From the NCBI GenBank assembly GCA_041574955.1, contig JBFGNS010000001.1, positions 28,740 to 92,739 of the forward strand: DNA of 64,000 nucleotides, read 5' to 3'. Both the position numbers and the translations under genes were made by a program. This stretch comes from Thermoanaerobaculia bacterium. Lineage in GTDB: Bacteria; Acidobacteriota; Thermoanaerobaculia; Multivoradales; JAHEKO01. Positions within the stretch are counted from its first letter, which is position 1. Every line of letters begins with the position of its first letter. This document shows positions 1 to 9,298 of the stretch, piece by piece. The notes below the pieces were generated by a model. That model did no database searches. It was not told the origin of the DNA and saw nothing but the letters and a program-made list of their open reading frames with translations.

Positions 1-705
1 GCCGGCGAGCGGGCCGTGTCCGGGGATGATCCGGGTGGCGTCGTCGGCCATCGCCAGGATGCGCTCCTGGGCGGCGATGTAGCCGTCGACCGAGCCGCCG
101 GAGTCGAGGTCGATGAACGGAAACATGCCGTTGAACATCACGTCGCCGGTGTGGATGACGTTGTCGTCGCGGAAGTGGATGACGGCGTCGCCGTCGGTGT
201 GGGCGCGCTCGACGTGGAACACGTGGGCGGCGCGGTCGTTGAGGTGGAAGGTGACCGAGTCGTCGAAGGTCACCACCGGCAGCGCCTCCTCGGGCGCCGG
301 CGCGCGGCCGGAGCCGGTCGACATGCCGTCGGCCAGCAGCCGCCGGCGCAGGTTGTCGTGCGCCACGATGGTGGCGTCTCTCTTGGCCAGCGCGGCGTTG
401 CCGCCGATGTGGTCGCCGTGGACGTGGGTGTTGATCAGAAAGTCGACCGGCTCGTCGGTCAGCTTGGCGACCGCCGCCAGCAGCTTCTCGGTGAGCGGCG
501 GCAGGCCGTCGTCGATCAGCACCACCCCGTCCTCGCCGGTCGACAGGCCGAGGTTGCCGCCGGCGAAACCGCCGACCCCCTCGAGCATGTACAGCCCCGG
601 CGCCAGCTCGGTCGACTTGTACGAGATCTCGGGCGCCTGGGCCGCGATCGGCAGGGCGGCCAAGGCGGCCAGCAGCAGCAAGAGAGCGAGTTTGTCGCGC
701 ATCAT
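1..705 (-). CDS. MBL-fold metallo-hydrolase (secreted), C-terminally truncated by window edge
   Basis: Minus-strand translation MMRDKLALLLLLAALAALPIAAQA (signal peptide) ... THVHGDHIGG (HxHxDH metallo-beta-lactamase motif) ... HTGD ... PGHGP; ORF runs off window start. Confidence 0.8.
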   Translation of the reverse strand, partial: MMRDKLALLLLLAALAALPIAAQAPEISYKSTELAPGLYMLEGVGGFAGGNLGLSTGEDGVVLIDDGLPPLTEKLLAAVAKLTDEPVDFLINTHVHGDHIGGNAALAKRDATIVAHDNLRRRLLADGMSTGSGRAPAPEEALPVVTFDDSVTFHLNDRAAHVFHVERAHTDGDAVIHFRDDNVIHTGDVMFNGMFPFIDLDSGGSVDGYIAAQERILAMADDATRIIPGHGPLAG

Positions 706-799
706 GGGTTCTCCGTCCGAAGTTGCCTGGTTAGGGTTCGAGGCTAGCAGATGGCCCCAGCCCCCGAACGGGAGCCGGCGGACGCCGCGCGACGGCTCC

Positions 800-1849
800 T
801 CAGGGCAGGGTGTAGCGCTCGGGGTAGCTCACCGCGGCCAGCTCGAGCGGCTCGCCCCGCCGCTCGTCGCAGCTCATGCGGTAGGCGAGATAGCCGTCCA
901 CCGCCCGTCCGCTGTCCCACTCCGAGGAGTCGAAGATGATGCCGCACCAGCCGTCGCTCTCGCCGGTGCGCACGGCGAGGGTGGGGATGGCGGTCTCGGC
1001 CCACGACCGGGTGCTGCCGAAGAAGGCCAGACGGTAGGGGTCGGTGACGTCGATCGGTCGGTCGCCGATGCGGCCATGAGCCGCCACCAGCCTGCCGGTG
1101 TAGTAGCCCAGCTCGCGGTGGCCGCTGACGGCGCGCACGACGAGCTCGAGCGCCGAGCCGTCGGCGAGCTCGAAACGGAAGCTCTCGTCGGGCTGGCCGC
1201 GCATGGCGCACGGTGCGTACAGGATGGTCTGGGGGCCGGCGCCCCGAAACAGGGCCGAGCCGCCGGCCGTCCGGATGAACAGGTTGCGGCTCGCCTGGTA
1301 GAACCAGAACAGGTCCTGCGGATCGCCCAGGCGGAACTGCCCGTGCGGCCAGCGGGGCGTGCGCAGGAAGAACCGGTCGAGCTCCAAGGCGTCGCCGAGG
1401 TACCGGGCGTCGATCTCCAGCCGCTCGGGCTGGACCAGGCTGCCGTCTTCGTCCAGCTGATCGGGTTTGATGCGGAAGGCGGCGCCGCCACCGGCGGGCG
1501 TCAGGCGGACGCTACCGGCGGGCGTGTCGAGGGTGATCGCGGGTCCCGGCAGGCTGGAGCGGCCGCTCAGAGGGTAGACGCCCGCCGCGACGGTGAGCCT
1601 GGACTTGCTGGCGAACACCGCTCCCTCGACGAGCGCGTGCGGGTCGATCGAGCAGTAGGTCGAGTCCGGCTCGACCACCAGGCAGTCGCCCGCCGGGCAG
1701 TCGACGCTCCCGACCTGCTCGGCTGGAAGCCCCTCCGGCCAGGGAGGCGGCTCGGCGCCGGCGCCGGTGCCCGAGCCGGCCCGGCAGGCGAGGAGCGCCA
1801 TCGAAGCGGCCAGGGTCAGCCGCGGGGCGCGGCGGCGGCGAGGTGGCAT
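800..1849 (-). CDS. secreted lipoprotein of unknown function
   Basis: N-terminal signal with lipobox (LLAC), no recognisable catalytic motif; sits between S1 protease and MBL genes on same strand with 7-bp gap. Confidence 0.55.
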   Translation of the reverse strand: MPPRRRRAPRLTLAASMALLACRAGSGTGAGAEPPPWPEGLPAEQVGSVDCPAGDCLVVEPDSTYCSIDPHALVEGAVFASKSRLTVAAGVYPLSGRSSLPGPAITLDTPAGSVRLTPAGGGAAFRIKPDQLDEDGSLVQPERLEIDARYLGDALELDRFFLRTPRWPHGQFRLGDPQDLFWFYQASRNLFIRTAGGSALFRGAGPQTILYAPCAMRGQPDESFRFELADGSALELVVRAVSGHRELGYYTGRLVAAHGRIGDRPIDVTDPYRLAFFGSTRSWAETAIPTLAVRTGESDGWCGIIFDSSEWDSGRAVDGYLAYRMSCDERRGEPLELAAVSYPERYTLP

Positions 1850-1856
1850 GGCGGGC

Positions 1857-2513
1857 TCATTGTGCCTCGATTTGCCGGATCCAGGGCAGCAGCCCGTCCA
1901 GCCTGACGGCGGTCTGGGCCGCCCGGCAGTCCGGGCTGCCGGACACCAGGACCGCCACCACCTCTGGCGGACCGCCCGGGCGGCCGGCCAGCACCGGTGT
2001 GCCGGAGTCGCCGCGGTCGAGGCACCCCTCGCGCGGCCGGAGCCGCAGCACGTGTGGGTCGCGCGCCAGCTCGGCCAGCGGCAGATCCGCCGCGCCGGCC
2101 GGGGGGGATCCGCCGGCGGGCCGACGGGCGACGAGCGCGCTGCCGGGCGGCGGTGCCGGAGCCAGGCCGAGCACCGGCCCTCCGCACCGGCTTCTGCCGA
2201 CGATCCGGATCAGGCCCAGGTCGTGGGTCGGATGGCGCAAGACGGCGGCGACGGGGCGGGCTTCGCTCACGCCGTCGGCGGCGGCGCAGGTGAGCCGCAC
2301 CTCGGCCGGTGGCGCCGGCAGGCAGTGGCCGGCGGTGAGGATCCAGCCCTCTCCGATCCAGCTCCCGACGCAGTCGAGCGCGCGATCCGCGCCGCCGTGC
2401 CCGCCGCTCGACAGGCGCAGCACGCCGGCGGCGGCGGCGCCCGGCGCGCCCCCGCCGCCGGCGATCAGCAGCAGGGCCGCCGCCAGTCGCCTCGTGGCAG
2501 CGCCGTTCAGCAT
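1857..2513 (-). CDS. trypsin-like serine protease (S1 family)
   Basis: WILTAGHC (His), HDLGLIRI (Asp), CLDRGDSGTPV (GDSG Ser) catalytic triad motifs; N-terminal signal peptide. Confidence 0.8.
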   Translation of the reverse strand: MLNGAATRRLAAALLLIAGGGGAPGAAAAGVLRLSSGGHGGADRALDCVGSWIGEGWILTAGHCLPAPPAEVRLTCAAADGVSEARPVAAVLRHPTHDLGLIRIVGRSRCGGPVLGLAPAPPPGSALVARRPAGGSPPAGAADLPLAELARDPHVLRLRPREGCLDRGDSGTPVLAGRPGGPPEVVAVLVSGSPDCRAAQTAVRLDGLLPWIRQIEAQ

Positions 2514-2538
2514 GCCGAAGCTAGCCGGCAGCCGCTTC

Positions 2539-3816
2539 CTACGGCACCACCGAGTTGATGAAGTCGAACCACTGCGGCGTGATGCGCCGCGCGTAGTTCG
2601 GCCGCGACCCGGTGCAGGTCGCGAAGCAGGTCTGCTCCGCCGAGGTCACCGCGAAGGTGTACGGGAACCCGTTGCGGTAGTAGTACAGGTTCGAGCCGCT
2701 GTCGCCGGGGTTGAGGTCGGAGGAGAAGCGGATACGGCGGTTCCAGCCGTCGGAGTCGGTCTGGCTGAAGTTGCCCACCGACAGCGAACCGTCGCCGTAC
2801 AGGGTGTTGGCGGTGCACGGGCTCGGGCTGTGGCCGAAGCCGCAGCCGGGGTAGCCGCGGCGGTACTTCACGTGGCTGTCGAGGAACGACTTGGGGCGGT
2901 AGCCCCAGCCCATGTTCTGGGGCGGGCTGGCGCCGGAGTTCGGCGTCGCCAGCACCAGGGCGATGTCGTGCTTGATGCAGTCGCCGCCATCCCAGTTGTC
3001 GTCGCAGTCGTTGTTCAGGAACGCCGGGTAGTACCCCCAGCCGTACACCGACCAGGAGCCCCAGGTCGGCGAGGTGTTGCCGTTGTCGCGGCGCGGCCGG
3101 ATCCTGGCGTTGGAGATGGCGCCGCCACCCACGAAGACGCAGTGCGCGGCCGTCTGGGCCACCATCCGAGTGTTGGAGGCGTACAGCACGTTGGCCGAGC
3201 AGCCTCCGTAGTCGGCGATCCGCTGGTAGATCGAGTTGGTGTCCGACCAGCCGTCGGCGATGCCGCGGCGGATGCGGTTGTCGGTGGCGTTGCTCCAGGA
3301 CTTGCGGATCTCCTCTTCGCGCTTCATGTCGTCCTCGTTCACCGGCTCGCCCTGCGGGACCCTTTCCTGAGGATCCCGGCTGACGTAGCGGGAGGCCTTG
3401 GCCAGCTCGCCACGGTCCACGGTGTAGAGGAAGTAACGCCCCGAGCCCGCGTGGTAGAACTCGAACTCGACCTCGCCGGCGCCCGGCGCCAGCTCGGGCA
3501 CCTTTTCGCGCTCCAGCTCCTCGACCTCGTCGGGGAGGTCCTCGGGCACGGTCGGGATCTCGATGCCTTCGGTGTCGCGAGGCGCCAGCTTCTCGCGCTG
3601 GATCTCACGGAAGTTGCCGGGCTGAGCCCCGCCGCGGCGCTCCGAGAAGTCGTCGGCCAGGAACGGCAGGCTGGCGAGCTCCTCGGGCACCGCCGGCTGG
3701 TCGGGCTCGTCGGGCTCGTCCGGCTCATCGTCCCGTGCGCAGGCCGGGAAGACGAGCAAGACGGTGAGGACGGCCAGGGTACTGGTCCATCGGGATCTTC
3801 GGGTCGGCTTCGGCAT
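2539..3816 (-). CDS. trypsin-like/glutamyl-endopeptidase-like S1 serine protease with long acidic pro-region, lipoprotein
   Basis: Start MPKPTRRSRW...VFPACA (lipobox); TAAHCVF (His), HDIALV (Asp), NPGDSGS (Ser); AAGGAGGTG SD upstream of ATG at 3816. Confidence 0.8.
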   Translation of the reverse strand: MPKPTRRSRWTSTLAVLTVLLVFPACARDDEPDEPDEPDQPAVPEELASLPFLADDFSERRGGAQPGNFREIQREKLAPRDTEGIEIPTVPEDLPDEVEELEREKVPELAPGAGEVEFEFYHAGSGRYFLYTVDRGELAKASRYVSRDPQERVPQGEPVNEDDMKREEEIRKSWSNATDNRIRRGIADGWSDTNSIYQRIADYGGCSANVLYASNTRMVAQTAAHCVFVGGGAISNARIRPRRDNGNTSPTWGSWSVYGWGYYPAFLNNDCDDNWDGGDCIKHDIALVLATPNSGASPPQNMGWGYRPKSFLDSHVKYRRGYPGCGFGHSPSPCTANTLYGDGSLSVGNFSQTDSDGWNRRIRFSSDLNPGDSGSNLYYYRNGFPYTFAVTSAEQTCFATCTGSRPNYARRITPQWFDFINSVVP

Positions 3817-4153
3817 CTCGCACCTCCTTGCTTGCTGCCGTCTCGAGGACTCTCTCCGCACCGCCGGCGCCCCGGGGAGGGGCGTGACGATGGCGGTGCA
3901 GGCTGTCGGGCCTCTTGTGTCAGAGGCGCCGCGGACCGGTCGTTCGTTACGGCTGCGGACCGACCGAGCCCCGAGGGTTGCCGGCGGCTACGACGCCGCG
4001 CCCGCCGACACGGTGCCCGCGGGCGGCGCCGCCGAGCCGGAGACGGCCGCCGTCTACGGCGGATTTGTGCAGAGGCACGGCGAGCGCACGACGCCCGAGG
4101 GTTCGGGAGTCACCGCCGCCCGAGGTGCCGGAGGCGCTCGCCGGCGCGTGGCG

Positions 4154-4318
4154 CTAGGCCCGGCGCGCCAGGTGCATCACCATGCTGATCACGAAGACCA
4201 GCAGGAACAGGTAGAACAGGATCTTGGCGATCCCGGCGGCGGCGCCGGCGATGCCGCCGAAGCCGAGGATCGCCGCGATGACGGCGACGGCGAGAAAAAT
4301 GAGGGACCAACGGAGCAT
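4154..4318 (-). CDS. DUF1328/UPF0391 small membrane protein
   Basis: [54 protein letters not shown], 54 aa two-TM; AGGAGA SD upstream. Confidence 0.6.
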   Translation of the reverse strand: MLRWSLIFLAVAVIAAILGFGGIAGAAAGIAKILFYLFLLVFVISMVMHLARRA

Positions 4319-4462
4319 GGGGAGGATCTCCTGTGGGCTCCGGGCGGCGCGCGGCTCGCCGGCGCGGAGCGGTTTGGCTCTGGCTTTGGTGCGGGAGCGT
4401 GGGCCGACGGGCGGCGACACCAATCCGGCGGCGGGCTGAGAGCGGGCCGGCGCGGGTAGGGC

Positions 4463-4609
4463 CTACGTTCGGCGGTCTTCCGCCGAGGCGGCCTCGACCC
4501 TGGCCGCGCGCTGGGCGATTTCCCGTGCCCGCACCATTCCCAGGAACACCACGCCTGTGATCACCAGCCCGAAGGCGAAGATGGCGAACAGCTGGGCCGC
4601 GGCGGTCAT
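4463..4609 (-). CDS. small hydrophobic membrane protein (48 aa), translationally coupled to upstream 61-aa protein
   Basis: MTAAAQLFAIFAFGLVITGVVFLGMVRAREIAQR...; ATGA stop/start overlap with preceding ORF, GGAGG 8 nt upstream. Confidence 0.45.
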   Translation of the reverse strand: MTAAAQLFAIFAFGLVITGVVFLGMVRAREIAQRAARVEAASAEDRRT

Positions 4610-4791
4610 GACGAGCGACCTCCGCCGCCGGCCAGCCGTACCCGGACGCCGACCCATAGGATCAGGATCGAGGGCACCCAGAGGCCGACGAACAGGCCGT
4701 AGTCGTGGTTGACGAGGAACCACAGCGCGACGCTCACCAGGAAGCTGGCGAACGCGGCGATGAGGAACGGGGTGTCGATGCTGTCGAACAT
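4606..4791 (-). CDS. small two-TM membrane protein (61 aa)
   Basis: MFDSIDTPFLIAAFASFLVSVALWFLVNHDYGLFVGLWVPSILILWVGVRVR; AAGGAGA SD 7 nt before ATG. Confidence 0.45.
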   Translation of the reverse strand: MFDSIDTPFLIAAFASFLVSVALWFLVNHDYGLFVGLWVPSILILWVGVRVRLAGGGGRSS

Positions 4792-4813
4792 TACGCTGTC
4801 TCCTTGCTGCGGG

Positions 4814-4842
4814 TTTGAACAAAAACGTCCAAATCGTTCAAA
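4814..4842. promoter_or_regulatory. inverted repeat TTTGAAC-N15-GTTCAAA in AT-rich spacer upstream of small membrane protein pair
   Basis: Perfect 7-bp arms, located -23 to -51 relative to the 4791 start on minus strand, in locally AT-rich DNA. Confidence 0.35.
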
Positions 4843-5120
4843 TTGTGCAGCAGTGGAGAGCGTCTGTCAAGCCCCTCGAGAGGTGGACGTCATCTCTGTT
4901 TTCGTAGGCAGAGAAGGGTGGTCCGAGCGGAAGCTGCCCGCGGCGCAGGCACCCGGGGTGGTGTGAGCGCTATGGACGTTTCTTTCTTGGCCTCGCGTCG
5001 GTGCCGGGTTTCGCCTCGGGGCTCGCCGCGCACCGCAGGCCGCGCGCCAGCGACCGGTTGTCCGCCACCTGGCCTGGGGTAAGCTCGCAGCCTGCCCCTT
5101 GGAGGGCTGAGGGCGAGGGG

Positions 5121-7103
5121 ATGACGCGCGGGCAGCGAGTGGCTCTTGGGCTGGTGTTGACGGCCGCAGTGGCGCTGCGCGTCCTCTACCTGGCATACCA
5201 GCCGTCCTCGGGGCGGTTCGTCGACGAGCGATACTCGTTCGACAACGTGCGGGGAGTCCTGCTCGACCGCAGCCTGCGTCCGGTGCGCTACTACTACCCG
5301 TCGCCGCTGGTCAACCTGCCGCCGGCAGCCGCGGTCGAGCTGAGTCAGGCGCTGCACCACGCCACCGGCATCTCGTGGCTCCAGGCCCGGGATGGCGGCC
5401 AGTTCCTGCCGGCTGCCTACATCGCCTGCCGGCTGCTGCAGGCGGTCTACGGCACGCTCGCGGTGTGGCTGGCGTTCCTTGTGGGGCGGCGGCTGCACAC
5501 GCCGGCCACCGGCCTGCTGGCGGCGATGATGCTCGCCTTCATGCCATGGCAGATCCACGCCTCGGGCTACTTCAAGCCGGACGCCATGCTGGTCTGCACG
5601 GTGCTGCTGGCGTTCCTGGCCTCTCTCCAGGCCCTGGACAGCCGGCGACTGCTGCCGTGGCTGTGGGCCGGCGTGGCCATCGCGCTGGCGATGAGCGCCA
5701 AGTTGACCGGCGGACTGATCGCCCTGCCGCTGACGGTCGCCGTTCTGGTCACCGGCTGGGGCGTCTGGCGCCGCTGGCTGCTGCTGGGCGCGGCCGGCAT
5801 TGCCGCGCTGGCGACCTTCGTGCTGCTCAACCCGTACTGGCAGCTCGCGCTAAAGGGCATCGAGTGGTTGCAGCAGGACTACGCGATGCGGGCGGCCTGG
5901 CAGCAGATGACCCGTGCCGAGGTTCCCGGCCGCCTGATCGAGGCGGTCACCGGGACCCTGGTGCACGGCCGGGTGCTCGGCATCGCAACCTTCGCCGGCC
6001 TCGCCCTGCTCGCCGCCCGCGTCCTCGATCGGCAGGCGGCGCGGAAAGAGAGGGCGATCGCCGGCATGACCCTGGTCTTCCCGCTGGCGTTCGTCGTCTC
6101 GTACGGGTTGGAGACGGCCTACTTCAAACCCAACCAGTTCCTGCCGGTTTTCGCGTTCACCTCCCTGGCCGTCGCCTGGCTGCTGACCAGCGGCTGGCGG
6201 GCCGCCGTCCGCCGGCTGCCGAAGCTCGCCACGCCCGGCGTCGCCGTGGTGGTGGTGGCGTGGCTGGTGGCGACCACGCTCCAGGAGGGTGCCTTGTACG
6301 CCTACCGCAGCGTCACGCCGTCGACGCTGGACGAGGCCAAGATGTTCGTCCAGCGGCGCGTGGCGCACGCCGAGGGCCGCAGCATCTACGTCGAGCCCGG
6401 TCCGGTGCGCGAGCCGCGCTGGGAGGGTGAGTTCCAGGTCGGCGGCGAGGCGGTGGCGGTCTGGGAGGTGGATCGGCTGGCCGACGTCGCGCCCGCGGCC
6501 CTCGACCTGGCCGACGCGGAGATCTTCCCCGAGGAGCGGCTGTCGGGTGAGCTCGGTGAGCCCTACCGCCGCCGGATCGAACGGCTCAAGCCGAGCCAGG
6601 TGGGGGTATCGCGGGCGCGTCTGTTCGCGGCCCACGGACCGCCGATGGTCACCCTGACCCACCGCAAGCTGCCGTACGAGCCGCCGCGGGAGGTGCCGCT
6701 GTCACGCTGCGACTCGGGCACGGGCTCGTGCTTCGAAGGCACGCTGCCCGGCGACCTGGTGGCCCAGGAGCGGCTGTCGTTCGTGGTCTGGGTGCCGCGC
6801 GAGGTGGTGCCGCCCGAGGAGCCGCTGCCGCCGTTCGTGGTGGCCGGAAAGGCGCGCCGGCTGGCGGTCAGCCGGATCGGATCCGCCGGACGGCTGGCCG
6901 TCTCGGACCGGCTGGTGCTGGCCGAGCCGGCGGCCGCGACGGTGCGGCTGGCGGGCCCGGGCGGCGGCGCGAAACCGGTGCAGGTGATGGTCTGCCGCTG
7001 GGTGGGCGGACCCCATCGCCGGCCGCTGCGCCCGCCCGCCGCGAGCGACGGTCGGGGCAACGCGCCGGCGGAGCCCGCGGCCGCCGGCCGACAGTCGCGA
7101 TGA
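5121..7103 (+). CDS. membrane glycosyltransferase, GT39/ArnT/PMT-like (GT-C fold) with C-terminal soluble extension
   Basis: Many N-terminal TM helices, YYYPSP... pattern, GGAGGG...GAGGGG before ATG 5121; family assignment by overall architecture only. Confidence 0.45.
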   Translation: MTRGQRVALGLVLTAAVALRVLYLAYQPSSGRFVDERYSFDNVRGVLLDRSLRPVRYYYPSPLVNLPPAAAVELSQALHHATGISWLQARDGGQFLPAAYIACRLLQAVYGTLAVWLAFLVGRRLHTPATGLLAAMMLAFMPWQIHASGYFKPDAMLVCTVLLAFLASLQALDSRRLLPWLWAGVAIALAMSAKLTGGLIALPLTVAVLVTGWGVWRRWLLLGAAGIAALATFVLLNPYWQLALKGIEWLQQDYAMRAAWQQMTRAEVPGRLIEAVTGTLVHGRVLGIATFAGLALLAARVLDRQAARKERAIAGMTLVFPLAFVVSYGLETAYFKPNQFLPVFAFTSLAVAWLLTSGWRAAVRRLPKLATPGVAVVVVAWLVATTLQEGALYAYRSVTPSTLDEAKMFVQRRVAHAEGRSIYVEPGPVREPRWEGEFQVGGEAVAVWEVDRLADVAPAALDLADAEIFPEERLSGELGEPYRRRIERLKPSQVGVSRARLFAAHGPPMVTLTHRKLPYEPPREVPLSRCDSGTGSCFEGTLPGDLVAQERLSFVVWVPREVVPPEEPLPPFVVAGKARRLAVSRIGSAGRLAVSDRLVLAEPAAATVRLAGPGGGAKPVQVMVCRWVGGPHRRPLRPPAASDGRGNAPAEPAAAGRQSR

Positions 7104-7236
7104 CCGGGTGGCCGGCAGCTCTGCCGGCTCGCCGCGGACGCGGCCGCCGGCCGGTGTTCTAAGATTGCGCCTCGACGGTGCCGCGCGCGGCACCAGCCGC
7201 CGGTCCGGTTGCTTGCCGCCGCGTGCCGGAGAGCCG

Positions 7237-8160
7237 ATGAAGCCCCTCAGCCGGAGAGCGCTGCTCAAGACCGTGCCGCTGGCCGGGGCCGCTCTGCTGG
7301 TGGACGCTCACTGCGGCCTGCGCGGTGTCTGGCGCACGGCGGGCGGGGTGGCGGCACTGGGCGATCGGCGCCCGGACGGCTCCGAGGCCGGTACACCACC
7401 GGCGGTCGACCCGCTCACCGACGAAGGCTCCACGCGGCACGCGACGCACGATCGGCTGCGCAAGATCCGCGACTTCGACGGCACGTTCGACGACGACTAC
7501 TTCCTGTCGGCCGAGCAGTGCGAGCTGCTGCGCACGACCGCGGCGCGGCTGGAGCGTGCGGTCGGCGTCATCGGCCACGGCAACTTCAACCTGGTCTCGT
7601 TCGACGAGCTGCTGGGCTTCGCGCGGCGCTACGAGCGGATCGCTGCCTTCGCGCCGCGCGAGCTGGAATTTCTCGAAGAGATCTTCTACACGGATGCCAC
7701 CCGCTACGGTTTCTTCGGCCCCAAGGTGCTGCACAGCCTGACCGCCGCCTTCGACCCGCGCGACGTCGAGCGGATCCCCTCGACCGGGCACTACCTGCTG
7801 CGCGGTGAGCCGCTCGAACGCTACCGGCGGATCCGGCGCGATCTTGGCGACGGGATCTTCCTGACCTCGGGCATCCGCGGCGTCGTCAAGCAGTACCAGC
7901 TGTTCCTGTCGAAGGCGGTCGAGACCGGCGGCAACCTGTCGCGCGCTTCGCGCTCGCTGGCGCCGCCCGGCTACTCGTACCATGCCATCGGCGACTTCGA
8001 CGTCGGGCGGGTGGGCTTCGGTCTGCGCAACTTCACCGCCGAGTTCGCCGACACGCCGGAATACCAGCGCCTCATCGATCTCGGCTACGTCACCATCCGC
8101 TACACCGAGACGAACCACTTCGGGGTGCGCCACGAGCCGTGGCACATCAAGATCGCCTGA
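7237..8160 (+). CDS. peptidase M15 (VanY-like D-Ala-D-Ala carboxypeptidase / LAS metallopeptidase), Tat-secreted
   Basis: SRRALLK twin-arginine signal; SYHAIGDFDVG (SxHxxGxAxD) and HEPWHIKI (ExxH) motifs. Confidence 0.65.
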   Translation: MKPLSRRALLKTVPLAGAALLVDAHCGLRGVWRTAGGVAALGDRRPDGSEAGTPPAVDPLTDEGSTRHATHDRLRKIRDFDGTFDDDYFLSAEQCELLRTTAARLERAVGVIGHGNFNLVSFDELLGFARRYERIAAFAPRELEFLEEIFYTDATRYGFFGPKVLHSLTAAFDPRDVERIPSTGHYLLRGEPLERYRRIRRDLGDGIFLTSGIRGVVKQYQLFLSKAVETGGNLSRASRSLAPPGYSYHAIGDFDVGRVGFGLRNFTAEFADTPEYQRLIDLGYVTIRYTETNHFGVRHEPWHIKIA

Positions 8161-8167
8161 CCGCGGC

Positions 8168-9298
8168 ATGACGGAGCTACCGCACCTCGAGCAGCCGCAG
8201 CCGGATCGCCCGGGAGTGGTCGTCGCCGGCGTTGCCGTGGCGGCGCTGGCCGGCCTGCTGGGCTGGGCCGTAACGCGGCCGGCACCCGAAGCGTCGCGCG
8301 ACGATGCTCCGCAGATGGCGCAGGAGCGAGACGCCGTTGCGGCGCCGGTGGAGACGGGCGCCGCTCCGTCGCCGCCAGCCACCGAGCCGGGCGAGCCTCC
8401 GGCCGTCGAGCCGCAGCAGGCCACCGGGCGCGCCGCCGGGGCCGCCACGGCAGACGCCGCCGAGCGGCTCGCGACCTGCGAGCGCATCGCGGCGAAGCTG
8501 GGCAGCGTGTCGCTCGAGGACTGCACCGACAGCCGGCTCGAGCTGTCCGGTGCGCGCTCCAACCAGGGCACGCCGATCCTGGTGGCCGAGTTCCCGCCGC
8601 TGCCGGAGCGCGAGCCGCTGGGTCGCGTGCTGCTGTTCGGCGGCATCCATGGCGACGAGTTCTCTTCGGTCAGCCTGGTCTACTCCTGGCTCGACACGCT
8701 CGAGCGGTACCACTCCGGTCTGTTCCACTGGCGCATCGCGCCCGTGGTCAACCCCGACGGCCTGCTGCGCAAGCGCTCGCAGCGAATGAACGACCGCGGC
8801 GTCGATCTCAACCGCAACTTCCCGAGCCCCAACTGGCTGGTGGAGGCGCCCGAGTACTGGATCAAACGCACGTCGCGCAACCCGCGGCGCTACCCCGGCG
8901 AGGCGCCGCTGAGCGAGCCGGAGTCGCGTTGGCTCCACCAGCAGATCGAGAGCTTCCGGCCGGCGGCGATCGTCGCGGTGCACGCGCCGAGTCACGTGGT
9001 TGACTACGACGGGCCGCCCGAACCGCCCGAGCGCCTGGGGCCGCTGCTGCTCGAGCAGCTCGGCACCTACCCAGGCTCTCTGGGGCGGTTCGCCGGCGTC
9101 CATCTCGGCCTGCCGGTGGTGACCATCGAGCTGCCGAGTGCCGGCACCATGCCGACCCGCGAGGACCAGCGTCACATGTGGGTCGACCTGGTCGCCTGGC
9201 TGCGCCGCAACGTGCCGCGCCGGGAGGCCGAGCGGATGGCGCTGCTGGAGGAGCCGGCAGCGGCGCCGTCGGCGGCCGGCGCCAACCTCGAGCGCTAG
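8168..9298 (+). CDS. M14 zinc carboxypeptidase (MpaA / murein-peptide amidase-like)
   Basis: GGIHGDEFSS (HxxE zinc site), NPDG, DLNRNF, VHAPSH motifs typical of M14/succinylglutamate-desuccinylase-like fold; TM/signal at N-terminus. Confidence 0.65.
   Translation: MTELPHLEQPQPDRPGVVVAGVAVAALAGLLGWAVTRPAPEASRDDAPQMAQERDAVAAPVETGAAPSPPATEPGEPPAVEPQQATGRAAGAATADAAERLATCERIAAKLGSVSLEDCTDSRLELSGARSNQGTPILVAEFPPLPEREPLGRVLLFGGIHGDEFSSVSLVYSWLDTLERYHSGLFHWRIAPVVNPDGLLRKRSQRMNDRGVDLNRNFPSPNWLVEAPEYWIKRTSRNPRRYPGEAPLSEPESRWLHQQIESFRPAAIVAVHAPSHVVDYDGPPEPPERLGPLLLEQLGTYPGSLGRFAGVHLGLPVVTIELPSAGTMPTREDQRHMWVDLVAWLRRNVPRREAERMALLEEPAAAPSAAGANLER

Noticed and set aside
16-747. 243-aa + strand ORF
   Set aside because: Antisense to the MBL hydrolase gene, whose minus-strand translation carries the HxHxDH motif; Val/Gly/Asp-rich low-complexity product typical of antisense frames in high-GC DNA
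4011-4130. tRNA-like impression (GGTTCGGGAGTCACCGCC resembles a T-arm)
   Set aside because: No consistent acceptor stem, D-arm or anticodon arm could be folded; no tRNA genes were recognised in any intergenic region scanned by eye
1843-4188. 781-aa + strand ORF
   Set aside because: Antisense or alternate frame of the two S1 protease genes; Arg/Ala/Pro-rich, no motifs; the minus-strand genes have catalytic triads and signal peptides
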